Shown: positions 35,961 through 48,239, counted from the whole stretch's first letter. The stretch is DNA of 62,978 nucleotides, filler included, from Licmophora abbreviata (GCA_900291995.1; 18 parts of 18 records of this genome joined end to end with filler, not necessarily neighbours in it), one strand, 5' to 3'. The notes: a model not told the origin generated them from the letters alone. Translations and numbers: made by a program.

Positions 35961-36347
35961 GCGCGACTTGAAGACAGTTCCCTTTCCATTCGTTTTACCA
36001 TTAGGTGAACATCAGGTGGCACTGGAATCCCCGCGCTCAGTATAATTCTACACACGATAACGATACCATGCCGCTAATTTCAACAGAAACGGAAGACGCC
36101 GACATGCATTCCTGACACACCCAATATCGCGTAGACCATTTTTGTCAACAAATGTAAGCCAGACTTTCTTATCAAGGTATCCAAAACCCTATGGCATTGC
36201 GACGATGTGCGACTGATTGCCGCAGAACATACCACAGACCGAATCGATATCGCATTCCCGATGCTGGCGTAAAACTACTACAGTTTATCCTCGAGACGCT
36301 CCACCGTCTACATCCCAAGCTAAATCTTAGACGCCGCAACGAATAGA

Positions 36348-37608
36348 TCACTTCTTCTTGGCATTTTGAGCCAGGAATCCCTTCTTCATCGACCCACTTC
36401 CAACAAACGCCTTCTTACTGTTCGCCTCTCTCTCTTCCGCCTTGATCAGCTCCTGCGCCGCCTTCTCAGCCGCAAGTACCTTCGCTTTCGCCNNNNNNNN
36501 NNNNNNNNNNNNNNNNNNNNNNNNNNNNNNNNNNNNTTAATTAATTAANNNNNNNNNNNNNNNNNNNNNNNNNNNNNNNNNNNNNNNNNNNNAGTGATTT
36601 TTTTCTTTGCGGCGGCTGCCTTTGCTGCTGCCTTCGCTTCCATTTCGTGCCGCTGCTTGAGCATGTTGTGGTACTGCATAGCCTGTCTCCAAATGACCTA
36701 CAAAAAAGAACAGAGGCCGCGACGAGGATTAGAGAATGGGCGCGGAGAAAGCTACCCTCGTCTTATTCGGTACGCACCTGACTCCATCCGGGCTCAATTT
36801 CGTCCGCTTCGGCCCGCACTTCGTCAACTTCAGCCGACACCATGGCTTCTGCCGCCTGATAGGCTTTCCACTGTTTGACCGAACACATGGACTGAGAGTA
36901 GAGCTTATTCATACCCGCTGACTCCTTTTGTATATGAGTGACAATGGGAATATCGGCAATGCATCGTTTCATGAGAGCCTGCGCCATGACACGATGCGGT
37001 CCGCTGGCGGCTCCAGCCGAACCTCCCGTACCAGGACCCTTTCCCGGCTCCCAACCAGCGTCGAGGCACTGTTTGTGTAGTGAATAGGGCATATGTGATA
37101 AGATTCGAGTATATAAAGCAGACGCAAGGAAAATACTGACTCGAGAGGGGCGCCTCGAACATCCCCCCACGCAGATAGCTGTCTCACCTTATCCTTGACT
37201 TGGTAGTATTCGTCTACCGCCTCTGGAAGTTTCAGATTAAACTGCAGATGACGCAACGACAAAAGCAAGCGGAAGTTAACACGATGAGTCGATTCGCTTT
37301 TACCAAATGCCTCCATTTTCACTTGCACGCCTCACCTTTTCGCCGTCCAGGTCCGCAAAGAAGTCGTCGTCTTCCTCCTCCTTGGTCCGAAAGAAGAAGA
37401 ACCAGACAATAATCACGACTAAGACTGCGATCGCGAGATAGATAGCTGGATCAGCTCCCTTGACAGCCTCTTCGAGAATTTCTTCTTCAAATGATCCACC
37501 CGCAGCACCTTCCTCGCCTGCAGTGGCATTGAAAGCCTCCTCCTCCGCCGTACTCTCAAAAGTCGTGCTGCCGTCTGGATCGACCGTCGCTTCCCCGGTC
37601 GAACTCAT
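36348..37608 (-). CDS. SEC66/SEC71-like ER translocation protein; 3 introns; crosses linker
   Basis: Acidic N-terminus, single TM (IYLAIAVLVVIIVWFFFF), then ALMKRCIADI..WKAYQAAEAMVSAEVDEVRAEADEIEPGWSQ|VIWRQA, which resembles the Sec66 domain; Lys-rich tail. Confidence 0.65.
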
Positions 37609-38120
37609 GTTTTCTGTTGCTTTCAACTAGTCAAATATCAGTCCACCCGTCACAAGAATCAATTTCGTCCGCAGGGCACTCGAAAATTAAGCAGCAACTC
37701 GTCAAATAGTTCAATACAGGGAAGCTGCATGGACCGTCATGGTCAGTCACTGTGATGGATGGCCACTCGTCGCTCGACGCATCGTCTTGGCAGTCTCTCT
37801 CGCCATCAGAAGTGATGACGCGTGGAAGATACGTTTTTACGTACTGTCCTACAGACGAACGTCTGTGCATCAGCCCTCCAAATTGAAGCGCAGCCATGTG
37901 ACTCACCCGTAGAAAGCTACCTGGTTATCAGGTCATGGGCTTAACCAAAGCACCCGGATATACATCAATGGTGTCTCGTCCGCAAAGATTTCACAGCAAC
38001 AACACACACACACGCGAACAGTTCTTTGGCATTGACACCGCACGGACCACGTGGGTGATTGAGTGTATTCACTGTAATTGCAGGACTCGGAAGTAGACAT
38101 TAGACCCTCCACAGACGGCG

Positions 38121-39726
38121 ATGATAATGAAGCTAGCCGCTATACTTGGAGCAGTTTCGCTGGCACTGAGCCAAGGCAATGTGTCGGCGTTTGTAGTTCC
38201 CACCAAAACTGACTCGATGGCTCATAGTGTCGCTGGCACTCGACGAGTATCGACAACGGCTCGGTCCTTTGGAGTCGATCCATCTGTCTTTACGGACTTG
38301 CCACAGCACGTGGACTCACTGCGGGATGCCTTCTCGACGATGACACTGGCCGATGCCATGGATGCGGCCACGTCGGCGGTCGATGCCTCCGGGGTGGAAG
38401 AGGTGGCCAAGGGAAGTAGCAACGGCTGGTTTGGTTTCCTTACGATGCCCATCCAGGGACTGGTAGTTGCCATTCACAGCATTCTTGTAGCGATGGGATT
38501 GACTTCGAATGCATGGGGTATCAGTATTGTTATGCTGACGGTTCTCATCAAGGTACTGACCTTTCCCCTTACCAAGACACAGCTCGAGAGCACGAACAAG
38601 ATGCAGGTAAGGCGGGGGGTCGCCGGGACGCTGCCGTGTGCTAGAGGAAATCTCTAACTTTGTCTCTTCCTTGCTTTTTGAAACTGACAGGCCCTTCAGC
38701 CAACGATCAAGGAGCTTCAATCCAAGTACCAAAGCAATCCGGAGGTCATGAATCAGAAAATCTCAGAGGTATACCAAACCAATGAAGTCAACCCTCTAGC
38801 GGGATGCTTACCGAGTATCGTTCAGATTCCAGTGTTTATTGGGCTTTATCGTTCCGTCTTAAACCTTGCCTCAGAAAACAGGCTTGACGAACCATTTCTC
38901 TTCTTGCCCAACTTGGAAGGACCGACCTACGGCGCCGACCCGACCCACGGGAACGATTGGATCTTTCAAAACTGGTACGAATAAGCAGTATGGTGCAGTC
39001 GCGCACAGATATAGTTTGTCGGATGCTCACGCTCATCTCTCTTCTGCTCCAGGGTCGACGGAGTTCCGTCGCTGGGATGGGACGATACGATTGCATTCTT
39101 GATTCTTCCAGCTGCCTTGGTAGTGTCCCAGTTTGCGTCGATGCAGCTCATGCAGCCCAAGACAGACGATCAGCAGCAACAACAAGCGAACGTCATCTTA
39201 AAGTTCCTTCCACTCATGATTGGATGGTTCTCGCTCAATGTTCCGGCGGCGCTTTGTATCTACTGGTTTGTGAACAACATTGTCACCACAGCTACGACTC
39301 TGTTTGTGCGAAGCACCATGAAGATGGAGCCTGTGGCAGCACCGGGTGGTGGAGGCGGAGAATCTGGAAGCGCAACAACGGAAGCATCGTCAGTGTTTGC
39401 GCCACCTCCCATTCGGGATCGGCCAGCTGGGTTTGGTGCGACCATCAACACGTTCGATGATGACGAGGAATCGACAGTCAAGCCGATTACGAGCACCGCC
39501 GTTGATGCGGAGGTGGTCAGCAAGACAGCCGATGTCGAAATGCCCGGTGATAGCGAGCCGGGAGAAGGAATGCAGAGTGGGAGTCCTTCAAAAAAGGTTT
39601 GTTTGGCTTCGTCGAGGCGTGTGTTCGACTCTAACGTCATGTGCTAACGTCTTGGGGTGCTCGTTGCTTGCTGTGCTATAGAAGCGAGGCGGTGGAGGAA
39701 AGAAAAAAAAGAAGCGTAAGAATTAA
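38121..39726 (+). CDS. ALB3: Plastid ALB3/YidC/Oxa1 membrane insertase; 3 introns
   Basis: Signal peptide with VSAF; WGISIVMLTVLIKVLTFPLTKTQLES, VNPLAGCLP..QIPVFIGLYR, LKFLPLMIGWFSLNVPAALCIYW. Confidence 0.92.
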
Positions 39727-40204
39727 ATGAAGAAGCATGATGGTAGGAGTCGTATCCTGTTCAGAGCAACGGGACTTATGACGACGACGAGAACGGTTAC
39801 ATCTCAGGTCAGGGGCGAGACAACCCGTAACCATACTGACCTCCACATAATCTCACTAGCAAGGAGTGTTTGCGTACGTGTGACTCCGTGCCCAGATCTT
39901 GGACTAGACTACGAGTCGACTATCGCCTAGTAGAAGACCCCGAACAACAGAAAAGCTGTGACATAGCACGATGAACGTGTGGTGTGACCGTCGCCGTGTG
40001 GTGCCCAGAGGTGGTGAGCTAAAAGTCTGTCATGTTCGCGCGGCGAGTCGCTGCCGCACTCGACTGACTCGACTCTCGATGCGATGCCATTCAAGCCGCC
40101 GCGATGGAACAGTATATACCGCGAAAGGGCGACAGCAGGAAGGGTGAACCAAACCACATTGATGTAAGGATACCGGTGCACCCAGGAAACTCACAAAGGA
40201 CGTT

Positions 40205-41599
40205 ATGATGTCAGAAGAGATAGCTGCAGAGTCTATAGAAGGTCATCGACAAAGGACAGTCGATCCCATCATGACACTGCAAGTACCAACTGAGACTTCT
40301 CGTTCGAAACAGGCGTCTCTAGCAATGGGTAGTCGATCCTCGGTGTCCGCTGTGTGTTTCCTTCAAAATATCAACACTTCTCCGACAGACTTGGATTCAA
40401 CCTCTGAGAGTTCTGACTCGGATGGCGAAGGGAAGCTACGGTGTACCAATCTACTTCGACGAGAACGACTGCACGATGAGGACGTAACATCAGGAGCGCG
40501 TGATGCGGCAGCGTCGATGACCCTCCAAGGCACGATCCTGGCGTCGTGCCATTCGAATTCCGATGCGTATATGTGGGATCTAGGTCGGCAACGCATTGCA
40601 GGTGATTTTGGGGAGCGACGTGGACCGGGGCTCGCTCTACGACGCCTTGGTGGATCCTCGGCCTGCATTCTGTTTCATACGCGGGACGAAGCAGGAACTG
40701 TATCAATACACGACGCAATGCGCGTTGACAATCCAATAGTGACAACGTACGAGACCGAGTCCCTAACATTTTGCTCTGCGTCACCGTGTAACGGCAATGG
40801 TAATCTTGTGGTGTTGCCCGAGGACCAGGCTTTGGCAGTCGTTCGAGATGTTCGGATACCGCAACGATCGTCACCAGTTTGCAGGCTGCATGGGGCAGCT
40901 CTGGATGGCCACATTTCTAACGACCGTAAACATGGTATGCTCAATAGTCTTGCCATGGCCGAGTCAGAGTTGACAGGGCGACTGTGTGTCGCATGTGGTA
41001 TGGAAAGTGGGACGGTTTTCTTTCACGACTTGGCGACGACGGCTCGCCCTAGTCAGGAACAAGCTTCCAGGGAGTCATCACATGAGGCATTCTCTTCCGT
41101 CAAGCTGGGTAAAGATCCAGTCCTCAGTGTCGATTTGGCATCGTCTTCTAAAAGTGAATCGTTCGTAGCCATTGCTGGTCTGGCGGGGGACGCGGCCGAG
41201 TTATCTGGCGTGCCGGACGCCGAGCGTGGTACCATCGGGGTCATTAAAACGACAATGGCATCTCCGAACAGATCAGGTATGTCGGCTCGTCTCCGCGCTA
41301 GAATGGGAACGTGCATTATCGGAGGCCCGGACGACGTTGGAGGCAGTGGTAAACCAGGGGTCGGCATTTGCCGCTTTCGGCCAGACGGTCGGTGCTTTGC
41401 TGTGGGAGGCTGGGACAAACGGGTGCGGGTATTCGATCGAGCAGGAAAGGCGACTCCGTTGGCAGTGCTGAAGACTCATGGTGATAGTGTCACCGCACTC
41501 GATTGGGCGCCCGACGTATCTTCTGGTCTGATTGCCTCTGGCGCCGACGATGGCAGAATACCAATTTGGCGATGCTTTTCGTCGACACAATTAACATAA
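40205..41599 (+). CDS. WD40 protein, GNB1L/ASA1-like
   Basis: ACGMESGTVF, KPGVGICRFRPDGRCFAVGGWDKRVRVF, LAVLKTHGDSV, LIASGADDGRIPIW. Confidence 0.72.
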   Translation: MMSEEIAAESIEGHRQRTVDPIMTLQVPTETSRSKQASLAMGSRSSVSAVCFLQNINTSPTDLDSTSESSDSDGEGKLRCTNLLRRERLHDEDVTSGARDAAASMTLQGTILASCHSNSDAYMWDLGRQRIAGDFGERRGPGLALRRLGGSSACILFHTRDEAGTVSIHDAMRVDNPIVTTYETESLTFCSASPCNGNGNLVVLPEDQALAVVRDVRIPQRSSPVCRLHGAALDGHISNDRKHGMLNSLAMAESELTGRLCVACGMESGTVFFHDLATTARPSQEQASRESSHEAFSSVKLGKDPVLSVDLASSSKSESFVAIAGLAGDAAELSGVPDAERGTIGVIKTTMASPNRSGMSARLRARMGTCIIGGPDDVGGSGKPGVGICRFRPDGRCFAVGGWDKRVRVFDRAGKATPLAVLKTHGDSVTALDWAPDVSSGLIASGADDGRIPIWRCFSSTQLT

Positions 41600-41648
41600 G
41601 CTAGACTTAGAAACGCAGTTGAAATTGCCGATGATGGTGTCTGTCAAT

Positions 41649-43722
41649 TCATGACGAGACTCGGTGATATCGATAGCCTTCGCAAAGCCCACCACTATCG
41701 CCCTCCTCGTAGCCAGCAAAAATCTGGTACAGGTACTGCAGGGTCATGAGGAATGCCGACAAGAGGATGAGCCCACCGATGCTGAACGCGATCATAGACG
41801 TCCTCTCAAAGTTTCCGTGATTTCCCGCTTTGTGGGCGCGCCGCATTATTTTTTGGCCAAAGAAAGACGCAAAGAAGCCAACACACATGCAGACCAGTGC
41901 GTAGTCCCAAAGATAGAGGCCAAAGATCGCAAAGGACACGGACGCCGCAAAACTAGTGAAGAGCGTCATGGTCGAAGAAGTAGCGGTTGCGACCATGGGA
42001 TGAACACCCATCGTGAAAAACAGAGGCACCGTGACCATTCCACCACCAATACCAAACATACCAGCAAAAAGTCCCGCAAATCCAAACATGAAAGGATATA
42101 CTATCGAGGTCCGAGAGTCCCATCGTACATCGCCATGAACAAAGTCAAACTCAACGAGCTCTTTGATCTCGTGGCGATTAACGAGGTAGGTCTGGGCTGC
42201 AAACGCCGAAGCAATGAGCGAGGCTATCAAAATGGCATGAACACTCCAGAACGCGGGTCCTCCGCAACGAATCCCCCAGGGACTGTCGAGCGATCCGCCT
42301 CCGATCATTATTTCGAGGAAAACGTAAACGAAGAAGACACCACAGATCGACATGATTTTGCTTCCTGAAGTGACCTTCTCTTGCTCCAGTAAGTCGGACC
42401 TTAACGAGGATACGTAGTCTGGGTTCATGATAAGAATTTCTTCATTGTTTGGTTCGGACGTACTCTCCGCCTGCGAAGATACGCGCCGCCAACTGTTTGG
42501 CAGTAATGAGGGGCCTTTCTCGTCCTCTGGAAGCAGCGTATGCGGTAAAATTTCCTTCTTCTTTTTCTTCTTTGTTGAAGCTTCTTGCTGACGATGTTCC
42601 ACTTCTTGCCGGCGGGCCTCCTGTTCGCGTCGGAGATGTTTCAGTCGATCAAGATACTGATTCTCTGCACGGTACATCTTTCTCGCTCTGGTGAGTGTGG
42701 TGTGAGCCATGACGCTCAGGAAAACAACCAGCATTACAACGAGAACTTTTTCGCTNNNNNNNNNNNNNNNNNNNNNNNNNNNNNNNNNNNNNNNNNNNNT
42801 TAATTAATTAANNNNNNNNNNNNNNNNNNNNNNNNNNNNNNNNNNNNNNNNNNNNTGCGATGTGAAACAACGTCCCAACCATGGCGCCCACGAGGATAAG
42901 CGGCTCCATCACGAGAATGAGATCCCAATCAGTTATCGGGCGGTCAGCGAGCGGGTGCCGGCGCCTGGCGTTGTGCAAAGTAGCAGCCGCTGCCCCACCC
43001 ATCACAGTTATAGCACTAAGCGGAATGGCCGCCCTCGGAGGGAATTCAAAGATGAGGATGTATATAGGAACAAGGCTAAATACGAGCGGCAAAAGACGCC
43101 AGTCAGTTGCGCCGCACGGTGTTCTACTTTCCATGTCCACGAATAACGTATGTCAGACTTACATGCCTCCACCACCAATGCCTCCACCGGCAGCAAGTGT
43201 CACACCCATGGAGGCCAGGAGAAATCCAACGACATCGTACACCGATAGAGGGAGCAATCGTGGCGGAGGGGGGCCCTCATCAAACTTATAGTAGTCGTCT
43301 TCGGTTTCTTCCTCCTCCGATTCCGATGTATCATCTGTCTCTCCGGTCAGTTCGCTTGTATCATCTTGGTCTTCCGTGCTATCTTCGCCGTCGCCCGCTT
43401 CGCTCTCGTCGAGCTCACGGTTTTCAAACCATGTGAGGGTACCTCTCGGTCGTCGACGCTGCGCCGATACAGTTGGATGGGAGTTCCGTGCAGGCGACGC
43501 GTCGCAAAACTTCAATCTTAACGCAGTCGATGCGAGGAAGAGTGACACCGTCACCACACGCAACAAGCGCCGCCGTATGTAGATCTTGGATGCATCCTTG
43601 GTGGACGCCGATCGGCCAACTCGCGACGTGTCGATCGAGGTCACGCTTGATATTCCGAGTGGGGGGAAATTCTCAACTTTGCGGCATATTGACGAGGTCG
43701 ACGACATTTCTATCGATCCCAT
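41649..43722 (-). CDS. TauE/SafE (sulfite exporter family) membrane protein; one intron; crosses linker
   Basis: LAAGGGIGGGGI|LVP, AIPLS, RRHPLADRPITDWDLILVMEP, AGMFGIGGGMVTVP, ATATSSTM. Confidence 0.87.
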
Positions 43723-44220
43723 TCGTTGCTATGCCTATTTACTTGCGAATGAACCTTCCGATCACCTCAAAGAAGCTTCTCCACTCCGCCATTCCGTCTC
43801 ACGACCAATGCGAGAGAATGCTATCTCGTCTCGCGTCGTCTTTTCTCATCGCGCGATAGACTNNNNNNNNNNNNNNNNNNNNNNNNNNNNNNNNNNNNNN
43901 NNNNNNTTAATTAATTAANNNNNNNNNNNNNNNNNNNNNNNNNNNNNNNNNNNNNNNNNNNNCTCGTCGTCACTCGCACACGCACGCGAAATCAAGCACG
44001 CTCGGCCGGCGCGTTGAGCTGTATTCAGCTGACGTTTTTGACGGATTGTATTTAGTGACTGTAGTACAGTATCATAGATGATCTTCAGTATCATACATAG
44101 TTACATATATGAGCACGCTGATCTCTTGTTGACATTGTCGTTTGACGATCATTATGGCGGCACCCTCGTCCTTTGTTCGTTTCTAGCGTCTTGACTCTAA
44201 TCTACATCGCCGCGATACCA

Positions 44221-44839
44221 ATGTCTTCTAGCCAGGTTTTACTATTTGTTATTGTCGGAAAGAACGAGCCGTTGTATGAAGCGGAATTCGGCAAGGCGTC
44301 AATGGGTGCCGGCTCGGACTCAGCAACGCGTCAGAACTACTTTGTGTTGCATTCCGCGTTGGATTTAGTCGAAAAGGCTGCATGGACGACCAACAGTATG
44401 TATCTGAAAACAGTCGATAAGGTGAGACACTCTGAAGTTGGGCAGTTTAAGCCAAGATGTAGTTATGCCGGGCGAATCTAACAAAATTCGCGGACTGTCT
44501 CATCGAACACTACTACGTGGACAGGTCAACCAGCAACAAGTATCTACATTCCTGACCGCTGGTAACATAAAGTTCATGATTCTGCATGGTGGGCGGAGCG
44601 AAGAGAGTATCAAGAATTTCTTCAACGAGGTGTACGAACTTTATGTCAAGGTATGACGATCGGACACTCGCCCATAATAGCACAACTATGTCCTCGAATT
44701 TCGAGTCTCATATTCTTCTTCTCACTTTCTCAACGCTGTGAAGCTGTCGATGAATCCATTTTATCATTACGACACTCCAATAACGTCTAAATCCTTCGAC
44801 ACTCGTGTAAGAGCTATTGCTCGGCGGTACTTGTCGTAG
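44221..44839 (+). CDS. TRAPPC2: TRAPP subunit TRAPPC2/Sedlin/Trs20; 2 introns
   Basis: FVIVGKNEPLYEAE, FVLHSALDLVE, MYLKTVDK|VNQQQVSTFLTAG..FFNEVYELYVK|LSMNPFY. Confidence 0.9.
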
Positions 44840-45245
44840 CGAAGTGGTATGAAGTATAGACTAATAATATGTAAACAAGACCCATCCTTCCTTCACATTT
44901 ACACTACTCCTTGATACAGACTACCTAAAACTTAGGTCATCCTTGCATTGTATTTTGCAGCCGTAGTTGCGTCGCAGTGACCTTCATTATCGTCGTACCA
45001 GGTACAAGAAGTAGTCGTCGACGACGGAGAAGAAGACACGAAGCATCATCATCGTGATCCATAATCACGGCGTCCGGCCGCCATCCGCATTGTTCGTAGC
45101 GCGGCGGAGGATGTCGTGTGTGTGTGTGTGATGATGTGATGCTTATTGATGCACACACAGCAGATCAGATCGGACCTCTGTTCTCCCTCAAGCATTTGTC
45201 ATTCCCTCCTCTCAACGTTCTAGTAAACGCGGTTCTTTTTGACAA

Positions 45246-45710
45246 ATGAAATATTCTTGCGCGATCCTCCTGCTCGGTCTGACTCTTTTCCAGGTATCGA
45301 ATGCATTTGTGGTGTCACCTCGTGGAGCGACGACGCCCCATTCATCCAATGCAATGCATGCGCCTGCTTTCACGCTCAAGGCTCAGAGGCTAGCAAGTGA
45401 CCAAACTACGAATCAGATGGATCTGCCTCTGTCGTTTCTCAAGAGACTGGCCTTGTCTTCGGCGGGGTTCTCGGCGGGAGCATTTGCAGAGGTCGGGACA
45501 GCGTTGGCGGACGACAACCTAGAGATTGCCGAGCTCCCACCTCCGTGGGTACCCGCCATCTTTGCCGTCGGTCTTCTAGTGGGTGTTGGTGTTCTCACCT
45601 CGAGTCTTGGAGATGTCATGTCCGAAGAGTCGTCGCTGGGGCTGCAGTCTGGCGCTCGCGCAAAGAAGGAGATTGATCGCAGTCGATCGTCGTACTTCAA
45701 GAAGAGGTAA
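45246..45710 (+). CDS. Small plastid-targeted single-TM protein of unknown function
   Basis: Signal peptide with SNAF, transit-like region, TALA motif, then ELPPPWVPAIFAVGLLVGVGVLTSSLGDV and a basic tail. Confidence 0.7.
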   Translation: MKYSCAILLLGLTLFQVSNAFVVSPRGATTPHSSNAMHAPAFTLKAQRLASDQTTNQMDLPLSFLKRLALSSAGFSAGAFAEVGTALADDNLEIAELPPPWVPAIFAVGLLVGVGVLTSSLGDVMSEESSLGLQSGARAKKEIDRSRSSYFKKR

Positions 45711-45806
45711 AGAGGAATAAGGTCTGAACTGCTATTGATCAAATACAATCAAACTATAGTTGACTTAGTTTGAGTAGCACTTGCGTTATCATCGTTGAAA
45801 AACTGG

Positions 45807-47132
45807 TTAGTTGGACGATGACTGGCTTCCCAGTCGACCAGGATCGGCGCTTGGATAGTACGGCTTGCTCGGTCCAGTCATCTGCTTCGCGGCAGCCGCG
45901 CCCGCACCCCGGATGACTCCCCCTCCTGGACGAGGAACACTCGACAATCCGGCAGAAACTCCAGATCCTGTAGCTTGCTTTCGTCTTGCAGCGGCTATTG
46001 CTGCGACCGCAGACGGTGGGCGAGCCGGCATGAGCCCGACAGGCAGCTTGGCTCTGGATGAAAGCGTACCAGGCGGTGCTACAGGGCGAACCGCGCTCGG
46101 TGCGCTCGAACATGTTGCGTTCGTTGGATCTCCCCGCTTTACGTGTTCTTCGCCAACGTTACCTCGCTTGGGAGCACGCGCCCAAGCAACGTAGATGGCG
46201 TGTCCGTTGAGCTGCTTGCGATTCATTGAGGCAATGGCTAATTCTGCCGCCTCGGGCTGGGTGTATTCTACAAAGGCTTGGCCCTTCTCTGCCTGCATTC
46301 TCACACTGACAATCTCGCCAAAACTGTAAAACTGATCCCGAATGTCTGCTTCCGTCAGCGGAGGAAAGGGTCCATCACCCTGGAAACGCATGTACAGAGT
46401 CGTACGGGCTTGATCATAGCCTTCGCCATCTTGTCCGCCTTCTCCCTCAGTTCCCTTCTTAGCTTCTTCCTCTCTACGTTTCATACGAGCAAAGAGCTTC
46501 CCCGCGACTGGGTCATTCGTTCCGTAGAAACGATCCTTTGTGTTCTGTTTCGATAGCGGATCGTTGCGATCACGAGGCATTTCGTGGCGGAATGGACACT
46601 GAGCACCCCTGTCGCATTCGCCTCGTGCGAAGAAACTACAGAGCTTGGCCAAGTTGCGTTCATAACGCGGTTCCATCCGCGCCATGGACTGCAATGCGGC
46701 GTGTGCCACAGGATCGGCCGTGGCCACGAGATTCTGACCCTGATCCAGCATGCGTTGCTGCTGCGCGGTATACCACGAACGGTTCGCCATGCTCTGTGGG
46801 ACGGCCCCCAGCGCACTGCCACTTCCACTCTCCCGCAGAATCTTGTCTCGGACCTTGACAGGCAGTCCGTATTGTAAATCGTAAATGCACACTTGACAGA
46901 CATTCTTGGCTTGTGCACACGATCGACAGATTTCCACCTTCTTCAATCGCCCCTTAGTTCCGGCCTGCCACGCAAATACAGTGAACGGAGACTCGCAGAT
47001 TTTACACTTTTTCCCATGAGGCTCTTTGGTCATGCGAACGTATGGATTGTCTCCCAAACAAGTTTCGCAGACGAGAGGAAACTCAGTCTCCTCCCATTTT
47101 TGTTTCACGTCATCTCGCTTGACGGATGCCAT
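45807..47132 (-). CDS. RBM22: Pre-mRNA splicing factor RBM22/Slt11
   Basis: WEETEFPLVCETCLGDNPYVRM, KNVCQVCIYDLQYGLPV, CCCH finger CSFFARGECDRGAQCPFRH, and an RRM. Confidence 0.93.
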   Translation of the reverse strand: MASVKRDDVKQKWEETEFPLVCETCLGDNPYVRMTKEPHGKKCKICESPFTVFAWQAGTKGRLKKVEICRSCAQAKNVCQVCIYDLQYGLPVKVRDKILRESGSGSALGAVPQSMANRSWYTAQQQRMLDQGQNLVATADPVAHAALQSMARMEPRYERNLAKLCSFFARGECDRGAQCPFRHEMPRDRNDPLSKQNTKDRFYGTNDPVAGKLFARMKRREEEAKKGTEGEGGQDGEGYDQARTTLYMRFQGDGPFPPLTEADIRDQFYSFGEIVSVRMQAEKGQAFVEYTQPEAAELAIASMNRKQLNGHAIYVAWARAPKRGNVGEEHVKRGDPTNATCSSAPSAVRPVAPPGTLSSRAKLPVGLMPARPPSAVAAIAAARRKQATGSGVSAGLSSVPRPGGGVIRGAGAAAAKQMTGPSKPYYPSADPGRLGSQSSSN

Positions 47133-47795
47133 TGAAGAAAGTAAAAGTCAGTCTCAAATGACTTGTCGTTCAGGATAATTTTGCTTCGACTTTTGCTCAG
47201 GTCTAGATAGTAAGCTCTCGAATGGCGTTGCGAGTCGATCAATCGAAATGGTGATCAGTCGTGGGATACAATGATGCCGTTGTCGTGCGGCACAAAAGAA
47301 AGAATGAGCTTTCAATTTTCCTGAAAGCTGTGCCTTGTAAGTTCGTGGCTGTCGGCGGCCGGCGGAGCTTTCTTGCTCTTCGAAGCTCGAAAGCTAGCGG
47401 GCGCAGTACGCGAGATTCAAGATGATCGAAGCGGCGTCNNNNNNNNNNNNNNNNNNNNNNNNNNNNNNNNNNNNNNNNNNNNTTAATTAATTAANNNNNN
47501 NNNNNNNNNNNNNNNNNNNNNNNNNNNNNNNNNNNNNNAGATGATTGCAATGATTGTTTAACAGTTAAGGTGAATTTTGATATGAGTAATACAAGAAACG
47601 AGGTCCTTTGGATGAGATCGAGGCAGCGAGCTCGACTGACCGCTTGATTCGACTCAATCGACTAACCGAAACGCGGGCGGTTGCGGTCTGTCGTCGCCGC
47701 CGCCGTCTCGACGCCCGCGGCCGCCACAAGGATGACGGAGCTCTGCTGTCGCTCCCATTCACATCGACGACTGCATTGCACTGAATGAACTGACG

Positions 47796-48161
47796 ATGCT
47801 ACGCGCCGCTAGTATTGCCTTACGGAGCATCCCAAAGCCCGTGAGAAATAATATTAAATTGCAACCAAAATCAGAAGTGGCAGGGGACGCCGCATCCAGA
47901 TACCAGCTCATGACGTTTCGTTTGCCGATGGCGCCCGTCCCTAAATTCCTTGACCCGCCCGTGCAGTCGCCTCGGTACCGTTTCGATCCAGTATTGCAAA
48001 ATATGATGCTTCCGTGGAATCGTGGCGAAATTAAGGAATCTGGTTACACGAGTACGCCCCTGTTGCAAGCCATGAACCGCAACAATCGGCGCGCCAAACG
48101 AGCCAACAAAGGCAAACGCCCCTGTTCGCGACGTGCTCGAAGATCAAAGAAAAATAGGTAA
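47796..48161 (+). CDS. Small basic protein with mitochondrial-like presequence, possibly a mitoribosomal protein
   Basis: MLRAASIALRS presequence; very basic C-terminus MNRNNRRAKRANKGKRPCSRRARR. Confidence 0.55.
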   Translation: MLRAASIALRSIPKPVRNNIKLQPKSEVAGDAASRYQLMTFRLPMAPVPKFLDPPVQSPRYRFDPVLQNMMLPWNRGEIKESGYTSTPLLQAMNRNNRRAKRANKGKRPCSRRARRSKKNR

Positions 48162-48239
48162 TACTAAACGCTAAAGGAGTCAAGAAGAAAATGATGGATG
48201 GGAGCTGTAGATTCTAGATTTCATGTCCGGTTTAAATAG

